Shown here piece after piece: positions 10,044-20,217 of a stretch of DNA of 64,000 nucleotides. Origin of the DNA: a virus; IMG/VR virus record IMGVR_UViG_3300037333_000013, positions 32,001 through 96,000 of that record; one strand, 5' to 3'. Numbering within the stretch: the stretch's first letter is position 1; each line of letters opens with the position of its first letter. The translations under genes and the position numbers were made by a program. Below the pieces are notes generated by a model. It worked only from the letters and a program-made list of their open reading frames with translations, had not been told where the DNA came from and did not search any database.

Positions 10044-10475
10044 TTTGCTTACTTCTGACTTGATGTAATTCGACAGGTCTTCTAAAGCTATGGAAGAACA
10101 TTCTACTGCATATGCAATATCTTCATCTTCAGCTTTTGCAGATACTTCTTCATCATCTACAAACTTACGGATTGTGTCCTCAGTATAATCTAACATATAC
10201 TTAACATTCTCTTTTGTTAATAAGATGACGTTCTCGAAGACACTAATATCTACACCAAACCCTTTCTCTTTTAGTTTCTCTTTAGTCTTGTCTGATACTT
10301 TGTAGTCTGCCAACTTATCCCAACCTTTTTCCCACTTCAAGAATGATTCTTTTGACTCGTGTGAGTCTTTGATAATCTGTCTTAATCTTAAGTACGCTGG
10401 GTCGATAACACCCACTTCTTTTTCATTTACAAGCATTCTTATAAACTCTACTGTTTGTGGTTTCATGTTCTTCAT
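10041..10475 (-). CDS. Hypothetical protein
   Basis: ATG at 10475 with an AAGGA SD. Confidence 0.65.
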   Translation of the reverse strand: MKNMKPQTVEFIRMLVNEKEVGVIDPAYLRLRQIIKDSHESKESFLKWEKGWDKLADYKVSDKTKEKLKEKGFGVDISVFENVILLTKENVKYMLDYTEDTIRKFVDDEEVSAKAEDEDIAYAVECSSIALEDLSNYIKSEVSK

Positions 10476-10530
10476 TTTATTCCTTTGTAATTTGTTATCT
10501 CTGCACATAAATGTGATTAAGAATAAAATA

Positions 10531-11388
10531 TTATGTTCTTAATACGTAGTGCCAATTTGTCTTTTCTCCGTTCAATGTTCCTCGTACTCTGACAAACAAT
10601 GTATCATCGTTGACGTTCTCTGACACATCTACCGATGTAGAATCAATATCGTCATCATTGTATGTTGATTCATACTTTATATCAATTACTTCTACATCAT
10701 ACGATTCGAATGTAATGTGTGCTTTTAAGTTAAACTTAATTGGAACACCATTATCATATTCAATAGACTCCCTTATCACTTTGAAAGCATTGTCCTCTTT
10801 GTATGTCTTAAATAGTAGAGAACCGAACTTTGAAACAGAACCACTATGTGTTTTTACCATTGCTCTTACAATATACGGCGTGTTGATAGCGAGTTGTTTT
10901 GGTACTGTAATATGTGTATCTAATTGTTTAATGTCGTCTAGGTATAGTTTTGTGTTTCCTTGCATATCTTCTATAATCACAGACATAGAGTCTATATGTG
11001 ACTTATTTAAGTCGTGTGGTGTGATGTCTATTCTAAAGTCCCTGGTTGGTGTGCTGTACTTATCAAAGTATGGAATTGAGAGTGTTGGTGTTACTGCTAG
11101 TACAGGTCGTTCCATCTTGATGTTTACTTCATCTACATCTCTTGCTGTAAATGCATAGACGTTTGACCACCCCTGGTATCCACCTGGGTCTAAGTAGTAT
11201 CTTGCCCGAACATAATACTTCTTATCTGGTGTGAGTGATTCATCATATTGTCTTCTAAATAGATTCTCATCTGAGTCATCATCAATGAGTGGGTCATCGA
11301 ATGATGGGTCATCATCTACTTGCACAATAGTTCGTTCATGTTCTTCATCATTGATGAGTGTTGGTGATGATATGTTTATTACTAACAT
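10531..11388 (-). CDS. Virion protein with FN3/Ig-like domains
   Basis: QVDDDPSF...YYVRARY...GWS and YIVRA / FVRVRG...W FN3-like repeats. Confidence 0.6.
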   Translation of the reverse strand: MLVINISSPTLINDEEHERTIVQVDDDPSFDDPLIDDDSDENLFRRQYDESLTPDKKYYVRARYYLDPGGYQGWSNVYAFTARDVDEVNIKMERPVLAVTPTLSIPYFDKYSTPTRDFRIDITPHDLNKSHIDSMSVIIEDMQGNTKLYLDDIKQLDTHITVPKQLAINTPYIVRAMVKTHSGSVSKFGSLLFKTYKEDNAFKVIRESIEYDNGVPIKFNLKAHITFESYDVEVIDIKYESTYNDDDIDSTSVDVSENVNDDTLFVRVRGTLNGEKTNWHYVLRT

Positions 11389-11433
11389 GGATATCCTTTA
11401 TCTATAATCAAAAAAGAAAAGAGCTTTGGTGGT

Positions 11434-12030
11434 CTAGATGACCACCTCCACAACCTCATAACCCAGTGTCTTCACTAAGTCTATGAGATTCATATCACCT
11501 TTTGTTAAAGGGTCTCTAATAATGTGGGCAGCACCAAACACCATTGCTGGAATTGTTCCAGCTTCGAGTTCTTCTATAACCTTAATGTGCCACCCATAAT
11601 CTCTTTTATAGATGGACTCATATCCTTTGGACATAACGTCCAGGATATATTTTATCTCTTTGAGATTATTCTCTTTAAATAGTTTACTAAACTTCTCTAT
11701 AATTTTCATTGTCCTCTCATTCATCTCCATTTCTGGCATGTCTGTGTATAAAGGTTCAATTCCACTATGTCTTCTTCTCATATAGAGATAGTCCATTGGT
11801 AACTTGTCATCATCCCCCCACAGGATTTTGTCTACTATTTCTCCCTCTGATTTCCCAGATACTTTTGATGCGTATTTTGCAATCTCATTTATGTCTGACT
11901 CTAATATAATCTTATTTGTGCCAACTAAGGACTTTTCTATATCTTCTTCAGACACAATCCCTGGGATATGGATTGATGGGATAAATCTCCCTTGAAGTTT
12001 TCCGTCTTTTTTAATGTCAAAGTATACCAT
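11434..12030 (-). CDS. TraB/GumN (TIKI) family-like metalloprotein
   Basis: PSIH, LE, MD, KRD..W and FGAAHI....NLIDLVKTLGYEV match the TraB/GumN motif order. Confidence 0.65.
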   Translation of the reverse strand: MVYFDIKKDGKLQGRFIPSIHIPGIVSEEDIEKSLVGTNKIILESDINEIAKYASKVSGKSEGEIVDKILWGDDDKLPMDYLYMRRRHSGIEPLYTDMPEMEMNERTMKIIEKFSKLFKENNLKEIKYILDVMSKGYESIYKRDYGWHIKVIEELEAGTIPAMVFGAAHIIRDPLTKGDMNLIDLVKTLGYEVVEVVI

Positions 12031-12060
12031 TGTTATTCCTTATGATTTGTTATTTATTAA

Positions 12061-12118
12061 TCCGCATTACCGGTTACAGGACTATGAACACTTGAGTATT
12101 GCCTGACTATATACTCAA
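12061..12118 (-). ncRNA. Candidate structured leader RNA, class B, copy 1
   Basis: Hairpin with AGUCAGGC loop, then CAUAGUCCUGUA, then a CCG-GUAAUG-CGG hairpin; homologous to 28280-28338 with compensatory changes. Confidence 0.55.
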
Positions 12119-12128
12119 TTACTACTTT

Positions 12129-12137
12129 AATAATATA
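12129..12137 (-). promoter_or_regulatory. Early promoter TATATTATT
   Basis: Exact motif upstream of the TraB-like gene. Confidence 0.75.
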
Positions 12138-12153
12138 CCAGTAAAAAAAAAGG

Positions 12154-12181
12154 ATACACAGTACCACGTGGTACTGTGTAT
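12154..12181 (-). terminator. Terminator of the nvRNAP/helicase operon
   Basis: 28-nt perfect palindrome with a U run on the minus strand. Confidence 0.8.
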
Positions 12182-14514
12182 TAATATCTTAACATCTTGT
12201 TATAAGAACCAATAATATAGTCCTCAACTCTTGGAACAACATATTCCTTGTTCCCACTAATATACTTAAAGTGTTTCGGTATGTTCTTACAGTATAACTG
12301 TACAAACTTCACATCGAACCCCTTAATCTCCCTAAGTCTACCAATCATCTGTATATATGTGGCAATGCTGTCTATGTTCACCGTGTTTAGTGTAAAGATA
12401 AGGTTCTTCACATCAATCGCTTCTGCAAAGACTTGTGGGTGTGTTACTCTAATGTCTGGTTCTAATGCATTCTCGTACTTGTCTTTCCCAGTATACTCTC
12501 TCACATCTAGCGTAGGATACCACTCCTTAACGGCATTTGTGATGACAGTCACCATCTTCAAACTAGATGCAAAGATGAGACATCTGTCATTTCCTCTGTT
12601 CTTTTTTATATAGAACATATCTACGTAGTGTCTTATCATCTCTAAGTAGTCCTCTAATAGTCTACTATTTCTGATAATGATATCTTCAAACATATCGTGG
12701 TTGTAACCATACCCACCATTCACACGTAACTCTCTAGCGGTATCTATACTATACCCAACATTCTCTAACTTAATATAGCTTTTATACGTCAGTAAGTCTA
12801 GACGCATATCTTCTGTAAAGAGTCCGTAGTGGAATCGGTTCAGTGCTTTGTCTTTTGTAATCAATGTGGCTGTTAGACCAATGACTTTCTTTGGGTCTAG
12901 TGCTAAGACTGCACGATAGACGTTGCTAAAGCTCTTGTGTGTTTCATCATTGACGAATGTGTGTATCTTTAGTTTACGCATAAACTCTTTCGGAGTAATG
13001 CAATATTCAGTCTCATCTGCTTTAATGGTATTCAAAAAGTATTCGTCAAAGTTATGGAACGTAGAACCACTTACCAAGATGAATGGAGGTACTTTATCCA
13101 TACCCATCAATTTACAGAATGACTTCTTGCCACTAAGTACAAATATATCATCATCCTCTACATCAAAGTATGTCTTGATGTCTAGTATCCACTTGCTGAT
13201 GTGTCCAGCTAACAGATAAAATAGTGTACGTTTCTTTAACTTTGAGATAACTAAGTTTGCCATATAAGTATTATGTGTTACGATATAATCTGTTGTGACA
13301 TAGAGTTCAGACTCATTGTACACTTCAATGCACGTCGCATTACAGACTCTCGTCGGTTCACACGACACGACTTCGACATATGAATCATCAAACCCTCTGA
13401 GTACATAGACAACATTTTCATATTTAATGTCTACTTGATACCCTGTTGAATAAAGTAGATGTTTTACAATTTCATAGAGTGTTCTATTGGTTGTCACATA
13501 CTTTATCCCACTGTTATTCCTAATTCCTTCTAAATGAAAACCTCTTAGTATTGAATGGCGTTCTTCTACTGTCAATTTTGCAAAGTAAAGACTTGGATTA
13601 TGTCTCATCTTACGAACAATGGATGTCACCTCTTTAAAGTGTGTAAATGATATATTCTGGCCAACCACTTTAAATTCATTGTCACTTACTACCCCATAGA
13701 GTTTAGATAGGTGACTCTCACCAAGCATCATATAGTCATCACCGCATACACCGAACATCAATACTGTTGATGCTATATAGTGTAACTCCGATAGTGCGTG
13801 TGTCTTATAAGGTTTAAACAATGGTATCTCAACACGTATCTTTGTCTTAAGACAAGCCTTTAATACTTTCGTATTAATCGTTTGTTCTAGTCCCCCTATC
13901 TTACATTTCCACAAGTGTTCGAGACCACACTCCGTTTTTCTACCATCTTTCAGTGCTACCTCATACATCTGTTTATTATAGTGTTTTGATACACTTGTAA
14001 TAAACGTCTCTTTACCATTATATGTTGTGACACTCTTTCCTACGTATGAACTCCCTATTGTTTCCCAGCCACGCTCTGTGAGTATTGGCGTATCGTCTGG
14101 TTGCATCTTCCCATATCCAGTACGTGCCATTACAAGTACTCTATCTGGATTCCGTTCTTTCAACATACCATTAATAAAGAACTCCTGTTCATCGCGTGGT
14201 TCGAATGTGTTCTTAAATGGAACATCAATGTCATCATATTCAGTCTCATCTACGATAACCGGAGAGAGTTTCTTTGCACCAAATCTGCTGACAAATTTAT
14301 AAATAAAAAACTGTGCGTCAGACGAGAGAATGGTATACTCGTTCTCTCTAATATTATGAAGATAGTATTTGTCTTTTGGGACGAACGTTGTCTTCCCTTT
14401 CACACGTAACATCTTCATTGTCACGAGTGTCTGACAGAAGTCTTTCATAAAGAAGTCCTCCTCATTGTTCTCAGGCATACACCTGAGAACTTGGTTTCCC
14501 TCTACTAACTTCAT
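12181..14514 (-). CDS. SF2 DExH helicase (phiKZ gp75-like), intein-containing
   Basis: Walker A ARTGYGK|T, DETH, GLTAT, QMIGRLR; follows the gp74-like gene. Confidence 0.9.
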   Translation of the reverse strand: MKLVEGNQVLRCMPENNEEDFFMKDFCQTLVTMKMLRVKGKTTFVPKDKYYLHNIRENEYTILSSDAQFFIYKFVSRFGAKKLSPVIVDETEYDDIDVPFKNTFEPRDEQEFFINGMLKERNPDRVLVMARTGYGKMQPDDTPILTERGWETIGSSYVGKSVTTYNGKETFITSVSKHYNKQMYEVALKDGRKTECGLEHLWKCKIGGLEQTINTKVLKACLKTKIRVEIPLFKPYKTHALSELHYIASTVLMFGVCGDDYMMLGESHLSKLYGVVSDNEFKVVGQNISFTHFKEVTSIVRKMRHNPSLYFAKLTVEERHSILRGFHLEGIRNNSGIKYVTTNRTLYEIVKHLLYSTGYQVDIKYENVVYVLRGFDDSYVEVVSCEPTRVCNATCIEVYNESELYVTTDYIVTHNTYMANLVISKLKKRTLFYLLAGHISKWILDIKTYFDVEDDDIFVLSGKKSFCKLMGMDKVPPFILVSGSTFHNFDEYFLNTIKADETEYCITPKEFMRKLKIHTFVNDETHKSFSNVYRAVLALDPKKVIGLTATLITKDKALNRFHYGLFTEDMRLDLLTYKSYIKLENVGYSIDTARELRVNGGYGYNHDMFEDIIIRNSRLLEDYLEMIRHYVDMFYIKKNRGNDRCLIFASSLKMVTVITNAVKEWYPTLDVREYTGKDKYENALEPDIRVTHPQVFAEAIDVKNLIFTLNTVNIDSIATYIQMIGRLREIKGFDVKFVQLYCKNIPKHFKYISGNKEYVVPRVEDYIIGSYNKMLRY
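13270..14106 (-). mobile_element. Class-3 intein (279 aa) in the helicase Walker A motif
   Basis: Begins MQPDDTPILT, block B HLW, block F TCIEV, ends VTHN with Thr as the +1 residue; WCT signature. Confidence 0.88.
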
Positions 14515-14528
14515 TGTAGCTCCTTTTT

Positions 14529-16397
14529 TTAGTCGTAGTTATCTAAAAATCCTTGTGGGTCTATGAGTACATCTAAGTTATGTGGCTCTTTCATCTCAGA
14601 CTCAATATTATGTATGGTAAACATATTTTGCAATGTCCCAGTAGAAGCCATTGATGTAAACCCACGATACTTTGTAATGGTCCGTATTGTACCAACCTTT
14701 GCATCTAGCCCTCTAGACATCATATAATTCGTCTTTGATGGGTCTTTTGACGCTAGTCCATAGATAACTGTGGCTAGGTGTGAAATGTGCAGACTTAGCT
14801 TTGTATTGTATAAGTCGAAGGTCTCATTTAGAATACGTTCTAGAGACTCAATCTTACCACCATTAATACTCTTACCAGAACCCATGAGTGATTCCAGGTT
14901 CTTTACAAGTTGGTTGTAGTTGAATACATGATTTGGTATGAATAAGAACGGTGTCTTGTAGTTCCAGTTTGTGATATCTACCTCATAACTATCACCATTC
15001 ATTGTCTTACCATATGTTACCATATGCTTTAAGAACTCGGATGTGAATGCCCCGGACTTGTTACCTGCACCTATCTTGAGTTCTAACTCTTCTATCTTCC
15101 CTTTGCTATCTTCTAACTTGATAACGACTGTTTTCACATTAGAAATTCTCTCTGGTGAGACTCTCATGACATCTCTCTCTGTTGTGATGTCCTTAAACCC
15201 ATATGACTCACGCACCTTAACAGAGAGTGTTACGCGTTTGTATTTCTTGTAGAACCTTGTAAATGATAAATTAATATCAGATACTTTAATGTATTTAGAT
15301 AAGTCTCGGCTCAATACGTAGATACCACCATCTGCTGATACGATGAAGTGCTTTGCAGAGAGCAATGACTGTACTGCTGGCTCATTTACCTTTGTACAAG
15401 ACCACTGCCCTAAGTTGAATGCTTTGTGCTTCGCATACCCATGCTTACCGAAACAAGCACTACATACTTCTTTATTGTCCTTAAGTGTACAAGACAATGC
15501 TGTTCTGACATATATTGTCTTTCCGAATAGATGTGTATCATCTCTCGTAATTGTCTTCCACTCGTCTTCAATGTTTATCTTATACATCTGACCTAACAAA
15601 TGTTGTATATCACCATCGTAGTAGTCCCCATGTTCAGTCTTACCTGGTGGTCTAACAAACCGTTGTATCCCAACCTTTGAACCACAGTCTGTATATTTTA
15701 GCTTCTGCACATACTCTGATATAATCTGCGTCGCCTTTGCAAACGACTCAGCATCTCTAATAGATTGTGACGAATAGAAGAGTGCAGTAACAGCACCACG
15801 AGAATCAATCGCTTCAGAAATCAAGTCCGTGTATCCCTCAGCATAGGACTCTGGAATAATCGTACTGAAGATATCGCCAGCAATGTCATTACCGAACCCT
15901 CTTAGTGCTAAACATTGGTCTCCTTGCTTTGTATTAAAAGACTCTGTCAAGTATCCTATACGTACTTGGTTATCTTCACGTATCTCCTCGTTAATGACAC
16001 GTTTTGTCTCTTGGTAAACTTTCTTTACATTTACTGGGTTAGGGTTATCCAATAGTTCTCGTTTTACCTTTCTAATATTCTCATTGTTTATAATTTCATA
16101 AATATCAGATGTTGGCATAAACGACATGTACTTATCGTGCCCGAATCCATACTTATTATACACATCATTAATGAGTTTAAATGTGAGTATGTTGAACTGT
16201 TCTAATGCTTGTTGAAGTTTATCTACTGGTATATAAATAAACATATCTTTGTAAACATCATTTAGTGTAGATACAAGTGTCTTCTTTCCGTAGAGACCAC
16301 TTTTATAATGGTCTCTAATATCGTAGCGTGTTGTTAATCCTACTGAACGTGCTATGTCATTTATCTTAGTGTTCAAGTCAACTTCAGTCTTTGTCAC
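14529..16397 (-). CDS. rpoC: Non-virion RNA polymerase beta' C-terminal subunit (phiKZ gp74-like)
   Basis: DCGS, C..(VCSACFG) zinc site and EPAVQSLLSAKH trigger-loop-like motif; gene order. Confidence 0.88.
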   Translation of the reverse strand: MTKTEVDLNTKINDIARSVGLTTRYDIRDHYKSGLYGKKTLVSTLNDVYKDMFIYIPVDKLQQALEQFNILTFKLINDVYNKYGFGHDKYMSFMPTSDIYEIINNENIRKVKRELLDNPNPVNVKKVYQETKRVINEEIREDNQVRIGYLTESFNTKQGDQCLALRGFGNDIAGDIFSTIIPESYAEGYTDLISEAIDSRGAVTALFYSSQSIRDAESFAKATQIISEYVQKLKYTDCGSKVGIQRFVRPPGKTEHGDYYDGDIQHLLGQMYKINIEDEWKTITRDDTHLFGKTIYVRTALSCTLKDNKEVCSACFGKHGYAKHKAFNLGQWSCTKVNEPAVQSLLSAKHFIVSADGGIYVLSRDLSKYIKVSDINLSFTRFYKKYKRVTLSVKVRESYGFKDITTERDVMRVSPERISNVKTVVIKLEDSKGKIEELELKIGAGNKSGAFTSEFLKHMVTYGKTMNGDSYEVDITNWNYKTPFLFIPNHVFNYNQLVKNLESLMGSGKSINGGKIESLERILNETFDLYNTKLSLHISHLATVIYGLASKDPSKTNYMMSRGLDAKVGTIRTITKYRGFTSMASTGTLQNMFTIHNIESEMKEPHNLDVLIDPQGFLDNYD

Positions 16398-18444
16398 GTA
16401 CTATTCCTTTTAAATTTAACCCTATTGATTGGGTAATCCCTTTGAGTGTCTTTAATACGACCTCTTCTCCAAACGGAATCTCTTTTCTGTTTACAATCTT
16501 ATCGATATTGGATGGCTTTGGTTCATCGAGTAGTTTCCTAGCAATGTGATACTTTGTCTTCATTGCTAAGGAACGGTCTCTCATCTCTGCCAATACAGCT
16601 GGGTGACAGTAGCTCGCCACAAATCGTGTCTCCGTCTCAGACCACTTCGTTGATTTCTCATTGATGACAGAACCTTCTTTTTGAGAAGTCGGTGGTGCAA
16701 CAGGTATCCCTAACGGATTAAGTCTAGAACTCGCAACAACCAACCCATCATCTGCAATCTTATTCAGAGAGAACATATATTGTGTATGCACATGTGTTGG
16801 CATGACACTCATCTCGTATCCTCCGTCGGATGTTGGTATCTTTACTACTTCCTCTTTAATAGCATACTCTGACTCACGTATCTTATCCATAATCACTGAG
16901 AACTTTGTCGCTTTACCATCTTCTCCTTTTACACCTAATGGTATTGGGTATGATATATGCGACTTATAGAACGACAGATACATCCTCGCACGTCGTTCCG
17001 GTTTTGCGTTTTCTAGTATCATTGCTTTCTCTGGATTCACTAACTTAAAGAGACCGATATACATTCTATCTAATTCAGATAGGTTGTCATTGACAAACTC
17101 TTTCACACTACCATTACGTGTGTTTATGAATGCTTTTATTTTCATATCTAAGACACGTACTGCTGTCCCAACATACCCCTCACCTAGATTTCCTAAATTC
17201 ATACGGTGCATATTTGAGTTCGATACAATCATGATATCTGCACGAATTCCGTTTGCATCGACAGGCATCATCTCTTTAGGGACAACAACAGAGATAACCC
17301 CTTTACTACCATGTGTTGTTGTTTGTTTAAATCCAACGTTTACCTTTCTTGTGTATTGCAACGTAATCTCTATGGTGAATGTAGGAACACGTTGTTTCTT
17401 CACTTGTCTGTCTACTTTAGGGTGATAAAGCTTTTGTAGTCTGACTAGTTCTACATATAGTTCATTCTCAAAGTCTACATCTCTATGTGTGTCACTGTAA
17501 TGTTTACATCTGTTGATGAAGTTTAGGTCAAAACTCTTCTTGTTCATCGCAAGCTCCATGAGCATGTCGTGTGCTACTGATAAAGTGTTTGTTTTCTTAC
17601 CGTCAGGGTTGTGTAGTACGGTGACATCAACAACACGTGCGGCTGGAGAGTCTACTTTATACAGATGGTCGTGTATATAGTCAACATAAGACAAATCTTT
17701 ATAACTACAATTTGATAAGAAGTTATCATCGTCCATCTCACGGGTTGCCATGACCAATGCACCACTACCAATAATATCTCCTACTCTAGGGAGTGGCTTA
17801 TATTCATTCTCATCTCCATGCACGTTTAATAGTACTGTTCTACCGTCAGAGTATGTCTTAAAGGACGAGAACAAGTCCATTTCAAACATATCTTGATAAG
17901 CATCAGAGATGTAGAATGCATCTTCTGCTACTTCTGATTTACTGGTATACATAATACTACAGTTCTTTCCGTATGCAAATATACCATCTTTCTCTGCATT
18001 TGTTGACGTTAAGTCTAAAGTGTCATAGATACCACCTTCTCTTAGGTTCATCATATCTTTCGTGAACTTCTGTTCGTAGCCGAACTTCTTATCTTTCTTC
18101 CCCCATCTATCTACTTTAATAAATCCTAGCTTGTTTTCATCTAGGTTCTTATAAATCACGTTGACATAGGTTGCATCTTCTATCTCGCCGTACGTACCTT
18201 TTCCTAGCTCAAAATATGGCAGTATTGCTATGACTTCGAACTTACACCTTATGCGATGATGATAGTTCATCTCTCTAAACTCTTTCTCTAGTGTTGAGAT
18301 GATATATGGTGTATCTGGATTCTTTATTGAAACAGCGTTACCCATTTGTGTAAAGAACATATACTTTCTACTAGACGAATCCATATTCGCTTGTGGACAA
18401 AGTGCTGTTGCACTATACGCTTTTTTATCTAACTCTACCTGCAT
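16384..18444 (-). CDS. rpoB: Non-virion RNA polymerase beta C-terminal subunit (phiKZ gp71-73-like)
   Basis: SSSR..M, EDA, GFKQTTTHGSKGVIS, ADI..RMNLG. Confidence 0.9.
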   Translation of the reverse strand: MQVELDKKAYSATALCPQANMDSSSRKYMFFTQMGNAVSIKNPDTPYIISTLEKEFREMNYHHRIRCKFEVIAILPYFELGKGTYGEIEDATYVNVIYKNLDENKLGFIKVDRWGKKDKKFGYEQKFTKDMMNLREGGIYDTLDLTSTNAEKDGIFAYGKNCSIMYTSKSEVAEDAFYISDAYQDMFEMDLFSSFKTYSDGRTVLLNVHGDENEYKPLPRVGDIIGSGALVMATREMDDDNFLSNCSYKDLSYVDYIHDHLYKVDSPAARVVDVTVLHNPDGKKTNTLSVAHDMLMELAMNKKSFDLNFINRCKHYSDTHRDVDFENELYVELVRLQKLYHPKVDRQVKKQRVPTFTIEITLQYTRKVNVGFKQTTTHGSKGVISVVVPKEMMPVDANGIRADIMIVSNSNMHRMNLGNLGEGYVGTAVRVLDMKIKAFINTRNGSVKEFVNDNLSELDRMYIGLFKLVNPEKAMILENAKPERRARMYLSFYKSHISYPIPLGVKGEDGKATKFSVIMDKIRESEYAIKEEVVKIPTSDGGYEMSVMPTHVHTQYMFSLNKIADDGLVVASSRLNPLGIPVAPPTSQKEGSVINEKSTKWSETETRFVASYCHPAVLAEMRDRSLAMKTKYHIARKLLDEPKPSNIDKIVNRKEIPFGEEVVLKTLKGITQSIGLNLKGIVRDKD

Positions 18445-18473
18445 ACTTTCTCCTTTGTTGTAGGTTACATTTA

Positions 18474-18482
18474 AATAATATA
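18474..18482 (-). promoter_or_regulatory. Early promoter TATATTATT
   Basis: Exact motif upstream of nvRNAP beta C. Confidence 0.75.
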
Positions 18483-18516
18483 TAAGTATAAAAAGACATT
18501 AAAAATAGGATAGATA

Positions 18517-18813
18517 ATGCTAGATAAATTCGTGACAGTTGGAAAACGTGTAGTTGATAAAAGTAAGAAATATGAAGTACGTAAAGTTATTACTGCTAAT
18601 GATAAAGATATAGTAGAGATAGAACTCAATACAGTCAATGCACGTGCTTATATTGGTGACTTCTATGGGTTACTTATGACGTTAAAGATTGATAGACATT
18701 TATGGAACGAAGTGATGGACTTAAACAATATACGATGCTCCTCTGATTATAATGGAAATATTCACGTATTAAAGACGTTCGGAACAACAACTATACAAAA
18801 AACAAATATGTAG
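18517..18813 (+). CDS. Small conserved phiKZ-like hypothetical protein
   Basis: 98 aa with YIGDFYGLL..L.I...W....LN...S.DY; opposite strand between the gp70- and gp71-like genes. Confidence 0.65.
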   Translation: MLDKFVTVGKRVVDKSKKYEVRKVITANDKDIVEIELNTVNARAYIGDFYGLLMTLKIDRHLWNEVMDLNNIRCSSDYNGNIHVLKTFGTTTIQKTNM

Positions 18814-18817
18814 CACC

Positions 18818-18843
18818 TCCCATAGGCACACGTGCCTATGGGA
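18818..18843. terminator. Hairpin between convergent genes
   Basis: TCCCATAGGCAC-AC-GTGCCTATGGGA. Confidence 0.7.
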
Positions 18844-20206
18844 TAGATGTTCTTGTTATTTTTGTGTTCTGTTGTTGTGGTATGTATCCTTGTTGCATAT
18901 ATTGTGGATATGCCTGTTGTGCTTGTTGGTATTGCTGTGTCTGTTGTGGTGGCACGTTATAACTATATTGTTGTACCTGTTGACTTTGTTGTTGTCCTTT
19001 ACCATACACATATGGTGTAACAGCCATCTGTCCATTTTGCGTATTCTGAGCCACTACCATCTCGATACCATTCATCAAGTTTATGACATTCCCATAGTTG
19101 TCTACATATGGATAGGTCTTCTGTTGTTGCATTTGTTGTTGTGTCTGCTGTTGTGGCATTACATACTGTTGTTGTAGTTGTTGTTGCATTTGCTGTTGTG
19201 GAACTACATACTGTTGTTGCATTTGTTGTTGTGCAAGTTGTGGTATGATGTCTGACAGTGGTACGATGTTTGTTCCATTGTTTGACTCCTCTTCAGATGT
19301 GTCGGTATCTTCTTGTTGTTCATACCTGATTTCTGTTTTATCCTTAATGTCGATGTATGGTATCGCCGATGCCATTGATGTAAAACTAGAAAGTTTCTTT
19401 ACGTCATTATAGGTTAGTGTCTTGTTAAACATAGAAACATATCCAGAGTCAGGTGTAGCTATTGGTTCAATCTCGTCAAGTACATCGGTTATCTTTACGA
19501 TTGACTTAATGAGCGTTGTTGCAACTGTATGTTTTGCTAATACAGAGTAACCTAGTCTTGTACCAAACATATCGTTAATGTGTTCTAGATACGCAATCAA
19601 TACTTCACTGTCTATTCTTCTGTACTTTGGATACAGTTCTTTCACTGTCTCTGACTCGATTGATTCTAATAGCTTATGCTTAATAACCATAGCACTAGGG
19701 ACTTTCTCACCATCTACCTCAATGTTCGTTCTATAATGCAGTGAGACAATCTTATCACCACTCTCCAAGAACTTGATGTAGTTAGATAGCATTGTCTCAT
19801 CATAGAGTTTCTTCGATGCTTTCTTTGCACCTTCTACTGTTGAGAAGAACTTACCATTTGAACGCACTGTCTTAAAGTCATAATCTACCTTGTTAATCTG
19901 GTTCTGAACAAACGACACCAAGATAGATTTTAGTGTTAAGTTTAAGTTCAACTCTATAATCTTTAATATCTTGTTTGTGATTGGTTCCTTTGATTGGTTC
20001 CTATATCTGATTAGGTTTTCATAGAGTGGGTTGAAAATCACTGCCCTAATCTCCCCATCAATTAGATACCTCTTATTCACATTGTACAACTCTAGTGGAT
20101 ACCCTTGTACCATTAACTTAGAGTTTCCAACCATCACGACATCATCTTCTACATCCAGACAGAGGCTCTTTAAGAACCTCTTATAAAACTTTTGTAACTC
20201 TTCCAT
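18836..20206 (-). CDS. phiKZ gp70-like conserved protein with a Q/Y/P-rich C-terminal tail
   Basis: FY..FL.SL and FNPLYEN..R..S motifs; position between the gp69- and gp71-like genes. Confidence 0.65.
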   Translation of the reverse strand: MEELQKFYKRFLKSLCLDVEDDVVMVGNSKLMVQGYPLELYNVNKRYLIDGEIRAVIFNPLYENLIRYRNQSKEPITNKILKIIELNLNLTLKSILVSFVQNQINKVDYDFKTVRSNGKFFSTVEGAKKASKKLYDETMLSNYIKFLESGDKIVSLHYRTNIEVDGEKVPSAMVIKHKLLESIESETVKELYPKYRRIDSEVLIAYLEHINDMFGTRLGYSVLAKHTVATTLIKSIVKITDVLDEIEPIATPDSGYVSMFNKTLTYNDVKKLSSFTSMASAIPYIDIKDKTEIRYEQQEDTDTSEEESNNGTNIVPLSDIIPQLAQQQMQQQYVVPQQQMQQQLQQQYVMPQQQTQQQMQQQKTYPYVDNYGNVINLMNGIEMVVAQNTQNGQMAVTPYVYGKGQQQSQQVQQYSYNVPPQQTQQYQQAQQAYPQYMQQGYIPQQQNTKITRTSIP

Positions 20207-20217
20207 AATACCTCCTC

